Assembly (NCBI GenBank): GCA_964016885.1
Contig: OZ024740.1
Coordinates: forward strand, 85,560,001 to 85,624,000
Length of the DNA: 64,000 nt
Source of the DNA: Eledone cirrhosa
Lineage: Eukaryota
Reading direction: 5' to 3'
Shown here: positions 1 through 19,223 of the stretch, one piece after another
Numbering within the stretch: the stretch's first letter is position 1
Layout of the letters: every line of letters begins with the position of its first letter
Position numbers and translations under genes: made by a program
Notes under the pieces: model-generated
The model's input: only the letters and a program-made list of their open reading frames with translations
Told to the model about the DNA's origin: nothing
Database searches by the model: none

Positions 1-6997
<6,997 letters not shown>

Positions 6998-7432
6998 CCT
7001 GAACTCCCCACCCTTATTCCTTTAGCGTTCGACCGCCCCCCTCCCCCACTAACACCACTAACACACCCCTCCTTTTTTGATATTTTGTTCCTTCAACACC
7101 TTGTCCCTTCTACCATTTTATCAATTTTTAAGCTAACTCCAACAATGACAACACTAATAACTGACCAATGAGAGGAGAAGGGGACCTGTGACACTAAAAT
7201 TCGTTTGTTTGAATTCATATGACTCCAGTTCCCCAGTGAATTAACAACCCAGCAAGGAACTGGGCATATCAGAGTATTGACAATATCATACACCTAAACA
7301 ACATATGTACTTGTCTATACCATACTAATTCAAACTGCCTGAAGAGGTCACAGCCAAAGATGGCTGTCACTGAAATATATATAGCAGTAATAAACGAAGC
7401 TAAATTTTAATCATTTGACTTTTATTTAACTT

Positions 7433-7433
<1 letters not shown>
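6998..7433 (+). mobile_element. Solo or 5'-truncated PLE pseudo-LTR (3' end of a third PLE family)
   Basis: Non-coding island flanked by (TA)n. It has a C-rich 5' part, CCAAT at 7165, a hammerhead about 50 nt from the 3' end and AATAAA at 7389, the same layout as the pLTRs of the two coding PLEs. Confidence 0.7.
7334..7388 (+). ncRNA. Type I hammerhead ribozyme
   Basis: Stem I ACTGC/GCAGT; core CTGAAGA (7339-7345); stem II GGT-C-ACAGCCA-aaga-TGGCTGT-C-ACT; GAAA (7372-7375); palindromic stem III TATATA; TA cleavage site predicted after 7383. Confidence 0.88.
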
Positions 7434-7512
<79 letters not shown>

Positions 7513-7518
7513 TATATA
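7434..7518. repeat. (TA)n spacer between tail-to-tail PLE ends
   Basis: Direct reading. Confidence 0.95.
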
Positions 7519-7550
7519 AGAACAAAAGATGGTTAAAGGAGTTCCATGTA

Positions 7551-7617
7551 TTTAATTATGCGCATTTCAAAAACAAATATCATCATGCAATAATATTTGT
7601 GTTTTCATCAGATAAAA
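7551..7617 (-). ncRNA. Type I hammerhead ribozyme in the PLE-1 downstream pLTR
   Basis: Minus strand reads TTTTAT-CTGATGA-[AAAC-ACAAATAT...ATATTTGT-TTTT]-GAAA-TGCGCA-TA-ATTAAA. Stem I has one mismatch relative to the other copy. Confidence 0.8.
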
Positions 7618-7925
7618 GAGGAGGACATGATATGAAGGCTAAAAAACACTTGTGGATAGTTCAGTTTTAAATCAACATATAAGAAGTAGTTTTAGATTGA
7701 TGTGTGATATTGGGAAACGTATTTTATTTAGAGGGGGGGGGGAAGGATGAAAAAAGAGGAGGAGATGAGAGTGAAGGTGGAGAGGAAGGAGTATAGTGAG
7801 GAAGGATGAGATAGGAGGAGAGATGGGTGATAGAGAGAGAGAGATAGTTTTTATAACTGAGAAAGATATATTGTTTTACATAGAGAGGTTGAAAACCGTT
7901 GGAAGATAATGTATAAATTAAAAGA

Positions 7926-8500
7926 ATTTGAAAATTAACGAAGAGAAAAATATGTGCGAAGAAAGAGAAGGAGTTAATATGTATTGAGAATAATGAGTTA
8001 GATGATAGGGAGAAAAGAATAATGAATTGCGGATGAATATTCTGACGTAAAAAAAAATGTATATGTTTACGAAGGATTTTTATAAGGTGATATAGAGTAA
8101 GAATGTGTTGTATTATGTAATAATTGATTCTATGTTAGGCAAGAGTGAGAAAAGGTACAGATTAGGGGTTAGATATTAGAAGAGAAGAAAAGGAAGTGAT
8201 AAATATGGGTGATGTAGAAAGAGTCAACAAGTATTATGGAAATTTGAAAATTAACGAAGAGAAAAATAATGTAAAGTTAAGGTTTGTATATTGAAGGATT
8301 TGAGATAAATAATGTAAAGTTAAGGTTTGTATATTGAAGGATTTGATAATATGTGCGAAGAAAAAGAAAATGTTAATATGTATTGAGAATAATGAGTTAG
8401 ATGATAGGGAGAAAAGAATAATGAATTGAGGATGAATAATCTAGCGTAAAAAAAAATGTATATGTTTACGAAAGATTTTACAAGGTGATATAGAGTAAGA
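7926..8500. repeat. Duplication of about 175 bp in the PLE-1 3' UTR
   Basis: TTTGAAAATTAACGAAGAGAAAAAT...GTGATATAGAGTAAGA at about 7927-8103 and 8243-8500. The second copy carries two tandem ~42-bp units (AATAATGTAAAGTTAAGGTTTGTATATTGAAGGATTTGA). Confidence 0.85.
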
Positions 8501-8633
8501 GTAATGAGTAAACAAGTATTATAGAATGTATAATAACCTTTGAAATAAGGTAGAAAGATGGGTATATTTTTAAAAGAAGTGTATATATATGTGCCTTTGA
8601 GAAAAAGATTCTAAAATGATAAAGAATTGAATA

Positions 8634-11026
8634 TTAGCTGTATACTTTGTGAAATGTTTTATGGAATTTATGCAAGCAGATAGAAAACAAGTCAGTGCGT
8701 CTATTTATTATAGAATCTAGATTAGAGATAATGGTAAATTTTTCATTTAGACAGAGATTGCAGATTTTAGATAGAGAACTGTTCAAGTATGAAGACGCAG
8801 AAGAAACCTTCTTCCAAAAGATGCTATATTTAATGTTTTTGTCTTTCAAGGACCATATGAGTTCTGAGAGAGCCGTGTTGGTTCTTTTAAGTTTGTATTT
8901 AAAAGATGAATGATGGTTATAAAGACGAGCTTTAAAAGAGGTGGAAGTGGAGCCAAAATAGGTGAAGGAATTGGTGTCAGTTATAACTTTACATTCGTAA
9001 ATTAAGTTTTTATCAAGACAATGGTTGTTGAGAGGACATTTATTTTTAATAGGGCAATTGCAATTGCAATTAGAGAGATTATTAATGAGTGACCTAGTGT
9101 TATCTATAGAAGGAATTGGATTGGAGAAGTTGTTTGCGATAGGAATAATAGTTTCTTGATTTAGAGTGGGATTATGAACATTTAGCGAAGTTGTGTTTGA
9201 CGTTGTATTTGGGTTTGTAGAAATTAGCCTAGGGTTTACAATGACGTCGAGAGTACTATTATTATGAAATTCAGTGTTGGAAGGAAGAGATTTAGTATTT
9301 AGTATTTTATTGTTGTGTTTAGAGATAATGTTGGAAATGTTGGAGGATGTAGAATAAGAAAATTTTATGGTGTGTTTGTTAAATATTTTACTATAGATAT
9401 GTGAGGGAGGGAAGCATTTATTTAAGGCACTAAAGAATAATTTAGGAATATTGTTATTAATAGAGATGGAGAAAGGAGCATTATACCAGATTATGTTTTT
9501 GTATCTAGGTCTTTTGTTAAAGTTATTGGAATGATCATGATTAATTATTCTACTGTAAGTTCTTCTAGAATTTGTTTCTTTACTATATTTGATTTTATCA
9601 GGATAGCCGGCTTTAGAAAGCACGTTATTATAGTAATTGGCGTTAGCATCAAAGATGTTTTTATTAGAAGATAGGTTAGATATTCTTTTTCCAATATTAC
9701 TAACTATAGCATTCTTGATATTAGTAGGATGGTTAGATTTAAAGTTAACATAATTTAGGTTCTCATTGTTTTTATGGTAAGGGTAATATAGGCCAGTGTC
9801 AAGATTAAGAGATACATCCAAGAAATTAGCTAGTTTGATACTGTTATCAAATTCAATTTTTAGGTTATGTTGGTTAAAGAGATTACATATATTGTTCTTA
9901 ATAATATTAAGGTTAACTATATTGCAATTTAAGATAGTAAAGAGTCCATCGTCACGATAAATTCCACCGCGAAGTTGAGGAATTTTCCGACTCAAAGAGT
10001 TCAAAATAAAGATACCAATTAAATCAGTCAATTGGGATGAATCGGATGCTCCCATTGTGATGTCGAAGTTGTTAGAGGTATCGGCTCTGGTCCAATATTC
10101 GTTGTTGAACTCTAGGATGGTTTTACGTGCGGTGAGAATGATGTGAAGTTCATCTGTGGTGATGTCAGAATATTTAAGTGCGAAAGATAGAGCATTATTG
10201 AGAAGTGAAGGCGAAATGGAGGAATAGTAGCTGGCAAAATCAAATTGAACAAATTTTAGTTTGTTTTTATTATTCAATTTGTTGAACCAGCTAATCACTT
10301 CAGAAGTACCAAACCATAAATTTAGATTCAAAGAAGAGCAATTAGAACGAACCTGTGGGATAATTATATCCAAGATGGCTTTACTAACAACCCCCAGATC
10401 AGATTTAGAGGGGGCGATTAATCTAACAGGTAGTTCAGTGCGAAAATTGTTTTTGTGATCCTTGAGATTTATCCTCGGAGTTCTTGGGAGGAATGGTTCT
10501 GTCTTTTTTCAATGCCAAGTTTTGACATAATCTCAGAGGCTTCAAGGTTTATGTATTCTAAATTTTCATGGTTGATTTTACGATATTTTTTCCTAAGTTC
10601 CTTTAGGATAAGGTTGTTATAATTATCCTTGGAAATACCATATAAGTTATTGGTTTTGTCAGAGTGGACTAAAACATTTTTTGAGGAATTTAGGTTAGAA
10701 ATTGTGTTATTGAGATTTACAAGGTGCTCTTGTCCTTTGTAAGGGTATCTCTTGAATTTAAGATCTTTTATTATTTTAGTTAACTCTTCCTCGAATTGCA
10801 CTAGATTTTTGTTGGAAGGAGGATTTCTTCTAGAATTAAATAGATGATCGAAGAAGTTATGTTCTTTGGTATAGAAGTTCCCTTTTAGGCGCTGGTCATA
10901 GAAATAGGCTGTCCATCTAAGTCTTCCTACGAAGGAGTCAGTTTTTTCAATTAGAAGTATGGTGAATTCAGATTTACCAGGTATAGGAATGTCTTTAGTT
11001 GAATTGGTTATGTTGTAATAATCCAT
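8634..11026 (-). pseudogene. PLE-1 RT / GIY-YIG endonuclease ORF, about 797 aa if one frameshift is repaired
   Basis: N-terminal TKDIPIP and RLRW; FVQFDFASYYSSI; ITMGASDS; GGIYRDDGL; FLDVSL; SNHP; WYNAPFS; CNCNCPIKNKCPLNNHC; LIYEC...YFGST...FKARLYNH; CNLC. One extra A in the run at 10504-10509 fuses ORFs 10469..11026 and 8634..10373 through EKKTEPFLPRTPRINLKDHK. Confidence 0.9.
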
Positions 11027-11238
11027 GTTGTAGAAGAAGAAAGAAGTAAAAGACCATCAAAAGGTATCCAATATGAGAGTAAGCGCTCAACCGTTAAGGA
11101 GCAAGTTAATGTAGGAGGTGAGTTTTATTGTAGTACAATAAAGCAATGCAGATATCGGATAAGAAGCACTCTACAGTTTGTGGGACTGGAGTATACATAA
11201 TATATGAGAACAAAAGATGGTTAAAGGAGTTCCATGTA

Positions 11239-11305
11239 TTTTATTATGCGCATTTCAAAAACAAATATCATCATGCAATAATATTTGTATTTTCATCAGA
11301 TAAAA
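11239..11305 (-). ncRNA. Type I hammerhead ribozyme in the PLE-1 upstream pLTR
   Basis: Minus strand reads TTTTAT-CTGATGA-stem II-GAAA-TGCGCA-TA-ATAAAA. Stem I is a perfect 6 bp, stem III is palindromic, and AATAAA overlaps the cleavage site. Confidence 0.85.
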
Positions 11306-11494
11306 CAGGAGGACATGATATGAAGGCTAAAAAACACTTGTGGATAGTTCAGTTTTAAATCAACATATGAGAAGTAGTTTTAGATTGATGTGTGATATTG
11401 GGAAAAATATTTTATTTAGCAGTCCCACAAACTGTAGAGTGCTTCTTATCCGATATCTGCATTGCTTTATTGTACTACAATAAAACTCACCTCC

Positions 11495-11552
<58 letters not shown>

Positions 11553-11604
11553 AATTAATAAAATAATGAATAAACAAAGAAACAGTTCCTTATATTAAAA
11601 AAAT

Positions 11605-11746
11605 TCATCATTTTACGATCGTTTCTAGGATATATATCTGTTAGAGTTGGTATGCATATTCTATAGATCTATGTACAATATTTATACAAACTATCAGAGG
11701 GAATATACATACCTACACATATATATGCTGTCTTCAGAAATAATGA
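11605..11746 (-). ncRNA. Type I hammerhead motif with a 105-nt stem II (PLE-2 downstream pLTR)
   Basis: Minus strand: stem I TCATTATTT/AAATGATGA; CTGAAGA; long stem II (ATATATAT/ATATATAT, GGTATGTATATTC/GAATATGCATACC, TGTATAA/TTGTACA); GAAA; palindromic CGATCG; TA. Confidence 0.75.
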
Positions 11747-11814
11747 TATTTGTTTATTGAAAAAAAACAAAGATTCAATACAATAGGTCTGTTTGGGAAC
11801 AGGTTTTGAATTGA

Positions 11815-12053
11815 CCAATAGAGAGATAGTGAGGGTCAGGATAGTAATATAGTAGTAGAAGAACCTTAAATTATGGGTAGAGGAAGGTAGATTTCAGTTT
11901 TGGATGGAAAAGAATATTAGGAATGAAGGATTATTTTAGGGAAGAAATAGGTCTTATGCTGACCTCAGAAATAATTTTACTTTTTCATTGAATAAAACCA
12001 ACAAAGATCTAATATATTCTGTCTGTTTGGTAAGAGGTTTAGAATTAACCAAT
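11815..12053. promoter_or_regulatory. Two CCAAT boxes in a diverged ~235-bp duplication inside the PLE-2 pLTR
   Basis: GACCAATAG (CCAAT at 11815) and AACCAATAG (CCAAT at 12049) sit at equivalent positions of two diverged copies and recur in the other pLTR. Promoter function is inferred only. Confidence 0.35.
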
Positions 12054-12438
12054 AGAAAGATATTAATTGGCCAAATAGTAAAGTAGTAGTAATTGAAGCT
12101 TATTTTAGGGGTGAAAATAGGTCAGGTGGTCAGTAAAAGGTATACAAGCAGTTGCTGTTATAAAATAGTAATGCCAATACAAATATCTAAGGTGACTAAA
12201 GTTTTAAGATAAGAATGTTAGTGAAAAAAATACATCTATGAAAGGAATATAAATTAATTTAATTGATGGGTATATTTATATTGATAAAATTATACTAATA
12301 CATATAGATATGATAAATAAGAGTTAGATGCAGTTGAAAAGTGCTGTTAAAGATGAGGGGAAATTAAAAGAAAATAAAAATAATATATATATATATATAT
12401 ACTTATACATATATATATATATACATATATATACATAT

Positions 12439-12484
<46 letters not shown>

Positions 12485-12790
12485 TCATATATATACATAT
12501 ATATACATATATATACACATACACACACACACACATAAACATATACATATATATACACATGTATATATATATATATATATATATACATAGATATATACAT
12601 GCACATATACATACATACACATACACTTATATATACATATAATTATTGGGGGGGGGGGGGATTAAATTTATTAGTGAGAAATAGTAAATATATATAGTTT
12701 TCAAGGAACATAGAGTTATAACCTGAAGTTAAAGCATTATATATGTTTACTTAATGGTATTAGTTTTAGGAAATGATATTTGTAAGAAGG

Positions 12791-13020
12791 AAAGCAAAAT
12801 TATGTAGTTCATCAGTAGTAGAATATTAATTATAGGTTAACTAAATTAAAAATAGTTTATATATTAATTTCAAAAGTGTATATTAATTAGGTTTATAATT
12901 TTTAAAGCAGAATTATGTAGTTCATCAGTAGTAGAATATTAATTATAGGTTAACTAAATTAAAAATAATTTATAAATTAATTTCTAAAGTGTATATTAAT
13001 TAGGTTTATAATATTTAAAG
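12791..13020. repeat. Tandem duplication (2 x ~113 bp) spanning the PLE-2 stop codon
   Basis: AATTATGTAGTTCATCAGTAGTAGAATATT... at 12798 and 12911. The last codons (FKxYKPN*) are duplicated. Confidence 0.9.
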
Positions 13021-15473
13021 GTTTTTCTCAGTTTATGATTACACGATATTATTAATTCCTGTCGCTTATTTAATAGGATATCCTTAGATTTCATTATTTC
13101 AAAAAGTTCTTGGGAACATAATCTACATTCATTTCTACTATTTTGATAAGGGGTGGCTCTTTTGAGCACACTCCAGGTCAGGTTATATTCTATATTCCTC
13201 TTTCTATAACTATTTATTATTTCAGCTAGAGATGTTGTATTAGCTAGTGCGGCATTTTTAAAACTATGTTTGTGGGTATTAAATCTTACCTTAAATTTGT
13301 TAGAGGTAGCTCCTATATATGAATAAATTGAGTCCTTAGTGTTAACTTTACATTTATATACTATGTTATTAATACGGCAATTTCCTTTTAATGGACAGTT
13401 TACCTTGTTTCTACAGTTACAACTTTTCGTGAATCCTGTATCTGAGGAGATATTATGGTTAGTTTGATCTACTGGTGGTATACTCATGGTTTTTTTTACA
13501 TTTATATGCATTATAGGCACATATATTTTGTTTTATGTTTTTGGTTGTTGAGTAGGAGAATTTAACCGTTGATCTATTTAAAATTTGATGGTATTTGTGG
13601 TTTGGCGGGAAGTTTTTCTCTAGGATATTAAAGAATTTTTTGGGTATATTATCCTTAATTTGTAAATTAAATGGAGCATTGTACCAAGTAACTCGTCTAT
13701 TACGGTTTCGATATTGTTTATTGTTTTTATAGGATGCATCCTGATGTTTGTTAAGAGAATTATTGTTAATGACCTCACCACACACATTTTTAGTTAGATT
13801 TATTGATTTAGGTGTTTTAGCTTGTTTATTAGGAGTTTTATTATTAACATTTATTAGAGTTGTAGGATGAGTAGTTTTTTGAGAGTTACTATACTGTATA
13901 TTAGAAGAGTTAGAGAAATTTAGTTTTATGTTGGTGTTTTGGGGTATAGTGTGAGTGGCATTTAGGTGTGTATGTTTCATTTGGTGTTTGTTGGTAATAT
14001 TAAGTTGTATGTTTGTAGTGTTATTGGTAGAAGGTATATATACTAATCTATTTTTGTGGCCACTTCTAGCTAGAGCTTCGTTATAAAAGGTCGCATTTTT
14101 ATCAAATACATCTTGGTTAGACGAAAGGTTAGAAATTCTAAGTCATATATTATATGCAAGGTTTTTAAGGATAGATTTAGGGTGATTAGATTGTGAGTGT
14201 ATGTAGTGTAAATTTTGGTTGGGTTTATGGTAAGGTTGGTAGATACCCGTAGATAAGTCTAATGTTATATTTAGGAAATTAACTACTTTACTTGTGTTTT
14301 CAAATGTAATATCTAGACTATAATAGTCTTTGAGGAAAGTTCTAATAAGCTTTTTATTTTTTTTTCTATCTCTGAGAGGCTAAGGTTATTGGAAAGAAGA
14401 AGACAGTCGTCACGATATAAACCACCTTTAAGGTGGGGAAAAGAAGCATTTATGTTAAAAAGAAGAAAGAGGCCCACAAGATCAGTAATTTGGGCAGAAT
14501 CGCTTGAGCCCATAGTAATATCGAATAGATTACTATATGTGTTTCTGGTCCAGTATTCATTCTGAAATTCCAATAGTGTTAGTCTAGCATGTGTAATAAT
14601 ATTAATGTCATCCAAAGTTAAGTTAGATCTATTTTTAGCAAATATCAAGGCTTTGTTCAGGAGTATAGGTGATATAGACGAATAATAATTATCTATATCA
14701 AATTGTAGAAATGAAGCAGAGGATTTATTTCTAATATTATTAAACCAGTTAATTACCTGGGATGTGTTTTCCCAGAGTTGTAAATTAACATGTTTTCTTA
14801 GTTGTGGGATGACTCTATCTAAAATTTTTTTACTAATTATTCCAATATCAGATTTGGAGGGGCTTATAAGCCTTATAGAAGGATTAGAGTTAAAGTTAGA
14901 TTTATGATCTTTCAGGTTGAAGTGTGGTCTTTTCAATGCCAAAGGTTCAGTTCTATCTTCAATATTAAGTCTATTCACTATGCTGTGTGTTTTGTTGTTG
15001 ATGTTGGTAAGTGACGCATTATTTGTTTTTCTATAATTTTTCCTGAGTTCTTTATATATGAACTCATTGTAATTTTCAATATCCATGTGATATAGATTTC
15101 CAGTTTTGTCCGAGTGGACATGGATTTTTTTAGATTTTTTTGGGTCCAATAGGGTAGAATCAAGGTCCTTTTGAAAGTTAGATTTATACCTCTTAAATTT
15201 GAGGTGTTTGATTAAATTAAAAAGGTCTTTCTCAAAGTTTTCAAGTAAGGAGTTGTGTGGTGGATTTTTATATGTAGTGAAATCATACAAATATTTCCTA
15301 TCAGTACATTTTGTTTTTTTATCGAAGTGGTAGGCCCTCCATCTGATTCTTCTGATAAATTGGTTGTTTTTTTGTATCATAAGAAGTAAGAAATCATCCT
15401 TAGAAGGTAATGGTATATTCTTTAAAGAAGTTCCCAAGTATTGTTTTTCCATTGTGATATGGATGATGGACAA
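12996..15473 (-). pseudogene. PLE-2 RT / GIY-YIG ORF with two frameshifts and one in-frame TGA
   Basis: SLKNIPLPS; RIRW; FLQFDIDNYYSSI; ITMGSSDS; GGLYRDDCL; SNHP; WYNAPF; CNCRNKVNCPLKGNC; IVYKC...YIGAT...RFNTH; CRLC. Frameshifts at T-runs 14357-14365 and 13490-13497; TGA at 14143-14145. Confidence 0.9.
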
Positions 15474-15794
15474 GAAAAAGAGCTCAACTATTTGTATATG
15501 GAGTTATAAAGTTATACACATATATGTATATATATATAAATATATATACACATACAATATAAAAATAAAAATAAGAATAACCCCATGAAAATAGGAGCAA
15601 AGTATGTAGATAAATCTACCAAAAGTTTACGGTAGTGTCCAATCCGTATGAAGAACTCAATGTAATCCGGATATCATGAAAAGAGAAGATGCATTCAAAA
15701 ACTACTTTCGGTGAAAAATAAACAGAAAACAGAGTCAAGATAAATTAATAAAATAATGAATAAACAAAGAAACAGTTCCTTATATTAAAAAAAT

Positions 15795-15936
15795 TCATCA
15801 TTTTACGATCGTTTCTAGGATATATATGTGTTAGAGTTGGTATGCATATTCTATAGATCTATGTACAATATTTATACAAATTATCAGAGGGAATATACAT
15901 ACCTACACATATATATGCTGTCTTCAGAAATAATGA
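15795..15936 (-). ncRNA. Type I hammerhead motif with a 105-nt stem II (PLE-2 upstream pLTR)
   Basis: Same fold as 11605-11746, with about 2 substitutions in stem II. Confidence 0.75.
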
Positions 15937-16627
15937 TATTTGTTTATTGAAAAAAACAAAGATTCAATACAATAGGTCTGTTTGGGAACAGGTTTTGAAT
16001 TGACCAATAGAGAGATAGTGAGGGTCAGGATAGTAATATAGTAGTAGAAGACCCTTAAATTATGGGTAGAGGAAGGTAGATTTCAGTTTTGGATGGAAAA
16101 GAATATTATGAATGAAGGATTATTTTAGGGAAGAAATAGGTCTTAAGCTGACCTCAGAAATAATTTTATTTTTTCATTGAATAAAACCAACAAAGATCTA
16201 ATATATTCTGTCTGTTTGGTAAGAGGTTTAGAATTAACCAATAGAAAGTTAATAATTGGCCAAATGGTAAAGTAGTAGTAATTGAAGCTTATTTTAGGGG
16301 TGAAAATAGGTCAGGTGGTCAGTAAAAGGTATACAAGCAGTTGCTGTTATAAAATAGTAATGCCAATACAAATATCTAAGGTGACTAAAGTTTTAAGATA
16401 AGAATGTTAGTGAAAAAAATACATCTATGAAAGGAATATAAATTAAATTAATTGATGGGTATATTTATATTGATAAAATTATACTAATACATATAGATAT
16501 GATAAATAAGAGTTAGATGCAGTTGAAAAGTGCTGTTAAAGATGAGGGGAAATTAAAAGAATATAAAAATAATATATATATATATATATACTTATACATA
16601 TATATATATATACATATATATACACAT

Positions 16628-16658
<31 letters not shown>

Positions 16659-16729
16659 CACACTCATATATATACATATATATACACATACACACACACA
16701 CACATAAACATATACATATACATATATAT

Positions 16730-16788
<59 letters not shown>

Positions 16789-16897
16789 GATATATACATG
16801 CACATATACATACATACACATACACACACATATACACTTATATATACATATAATTATTGGCGGGGGGGGGGGGATTAAAATTATTAGTGAGAAATAG

Positions 16898-18261
<1,364 letters not shown>

Positions 18262-18526
18262 CCTAAATAAATGAGGTCGTGTAGGTGTCACGACAAAAAC
18301 ACACAGTCCACGCTGTAATGTAGCCGTGTAGGTAACACGGTAAAAACCTCCCAGTCCACACTGTAAACGTGGTTGGTGTTAGGAAGGGCATCCAGCCATA
18401 GAAAACCTGCCAGATAGTCCTATACGAGCAAGACAACCAATCTTGTCTCACGTGGGACAATTCCTGTCTAAACCCATGCTAGCGTGGAAGATAGACGTTA
18501 AACGATGATGATGATGATGATGATGA

Positions 18527-18530
<4 letters not shown>
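18262..18530 (+). mobile_element. Short 3' fragment of the RTE-type LINE (3' UTR + (GAT)n tail)
   Basis: Aligns by eye with about 20378-20643; flanked by (TA)n. Confidence 0.85.
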
Positions 18531-18564
<34 letters not shown>

Positions 18565-18780
18565 GTTTAACAAGGTTCAATGAATTCATCAATGAATAAA
18601 GTTTCACAATAGATTAGAAGCACTCTACAAAAAGGTTTTCTGGAGTTATTAATATTACTTCAAAATATTAATAAATATAGACATTCATGTGATCAAATAT
18701 ATTTTATTATACATATTTCAGAGGTACTGTGCTGTTTCAACAGATGGTTATAATTTAGTCATGAGAATCATAGAAGTAGA

Positions 18781-19105
18781 ATCATTTTATGTCCACTTCT
18801 CTCTGCTTGCAAGGGTGGGACGGGAACTGATTCTGGCTTGATTTCTACAGCTGGATGCCCTTCTTAACACCAACCTCGTTTACAGTGAGTGCTGGGTGCT
18901 TTTTTGCCGTCGCACCTCCATGACCACTTTGCAGTGGAATGATAGGGACCCCAGTCCCTATCATCTCATTTCTACAGCTGAGTAAACTGGAGCAATGTGA
19001 AATAAAGTGTCTTGCTCAAGGAAACAACACATCACCCGGTCTGAGAATTGAACTCACAACCTTTCGATTGCAAGGCCAATGCTCTAACCACTAAGCCATG
19101 TGCCT
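18781..19105 (-). mobile_element. Second copy of the CORE-like tRNA SINE, inverted
   Basis: Close reverse complement of 17255-17580. Confidence 0.9.
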
Positions 19106-19157
19106 TCATGACTAAATTATAACCATCAACATAGTCAAGGTATGTCAAGCATCAACT

Positions 19158-19223
19158 TATTTTATCTGATGAGGACGTACTGTTGAAACAGCACAGTACC
19201 TCTGAAATATGTATAATAAAATA
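19158..19223 (+). ncRNA. Type I hammerhead ribozyme
   Basis: Stem I TATTTTAT/ATAAAATA; CTGATGA (19166-19172); stem II GGA-C-GTACTGT-loop-ACAGTAC-C-TCT; GAAA (19204-19207); TATGTA; TA cleavage predicted after 19215. Confidence 0.87.

Larger units (their letters stand above)
7519..11499 (-). mobile_element. Penelope-like element PLE-1 (Naiad-type), near full length, with partial-tandem pLTRs and a terminal inversion
   Basis: RT + GIY-YIG ORF; direct repeats at about 7519-7730 and 11207-11419; 11420-11499 is an inverted copy of about 11109-11188; (TA)n on both sides. Confidence 0.92.

Noticed and set aside
7446-7670. Duplicated 70-74 aa ORF (also 11146..11358)
   Set aside because: Chance antisense frame across the duplicated PLE-1 pLTR and hammerhead.
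10500-10512. Programmed ribosomal frameshift in PLE-1
   Set aside because: PLEs normally have one ORF, and the breaks fall at different positions in PLE-1 and PLE-2, so homopolymer indels are the simpler explanation.
12805-12935. CTGATGAA (minus strand) twice in the 113-bp duplication, as hammerhead cores or SECIS
   Set aside because: I could not build stem II + GAAA + stem III + stem I, or a SECIS helix, around them.
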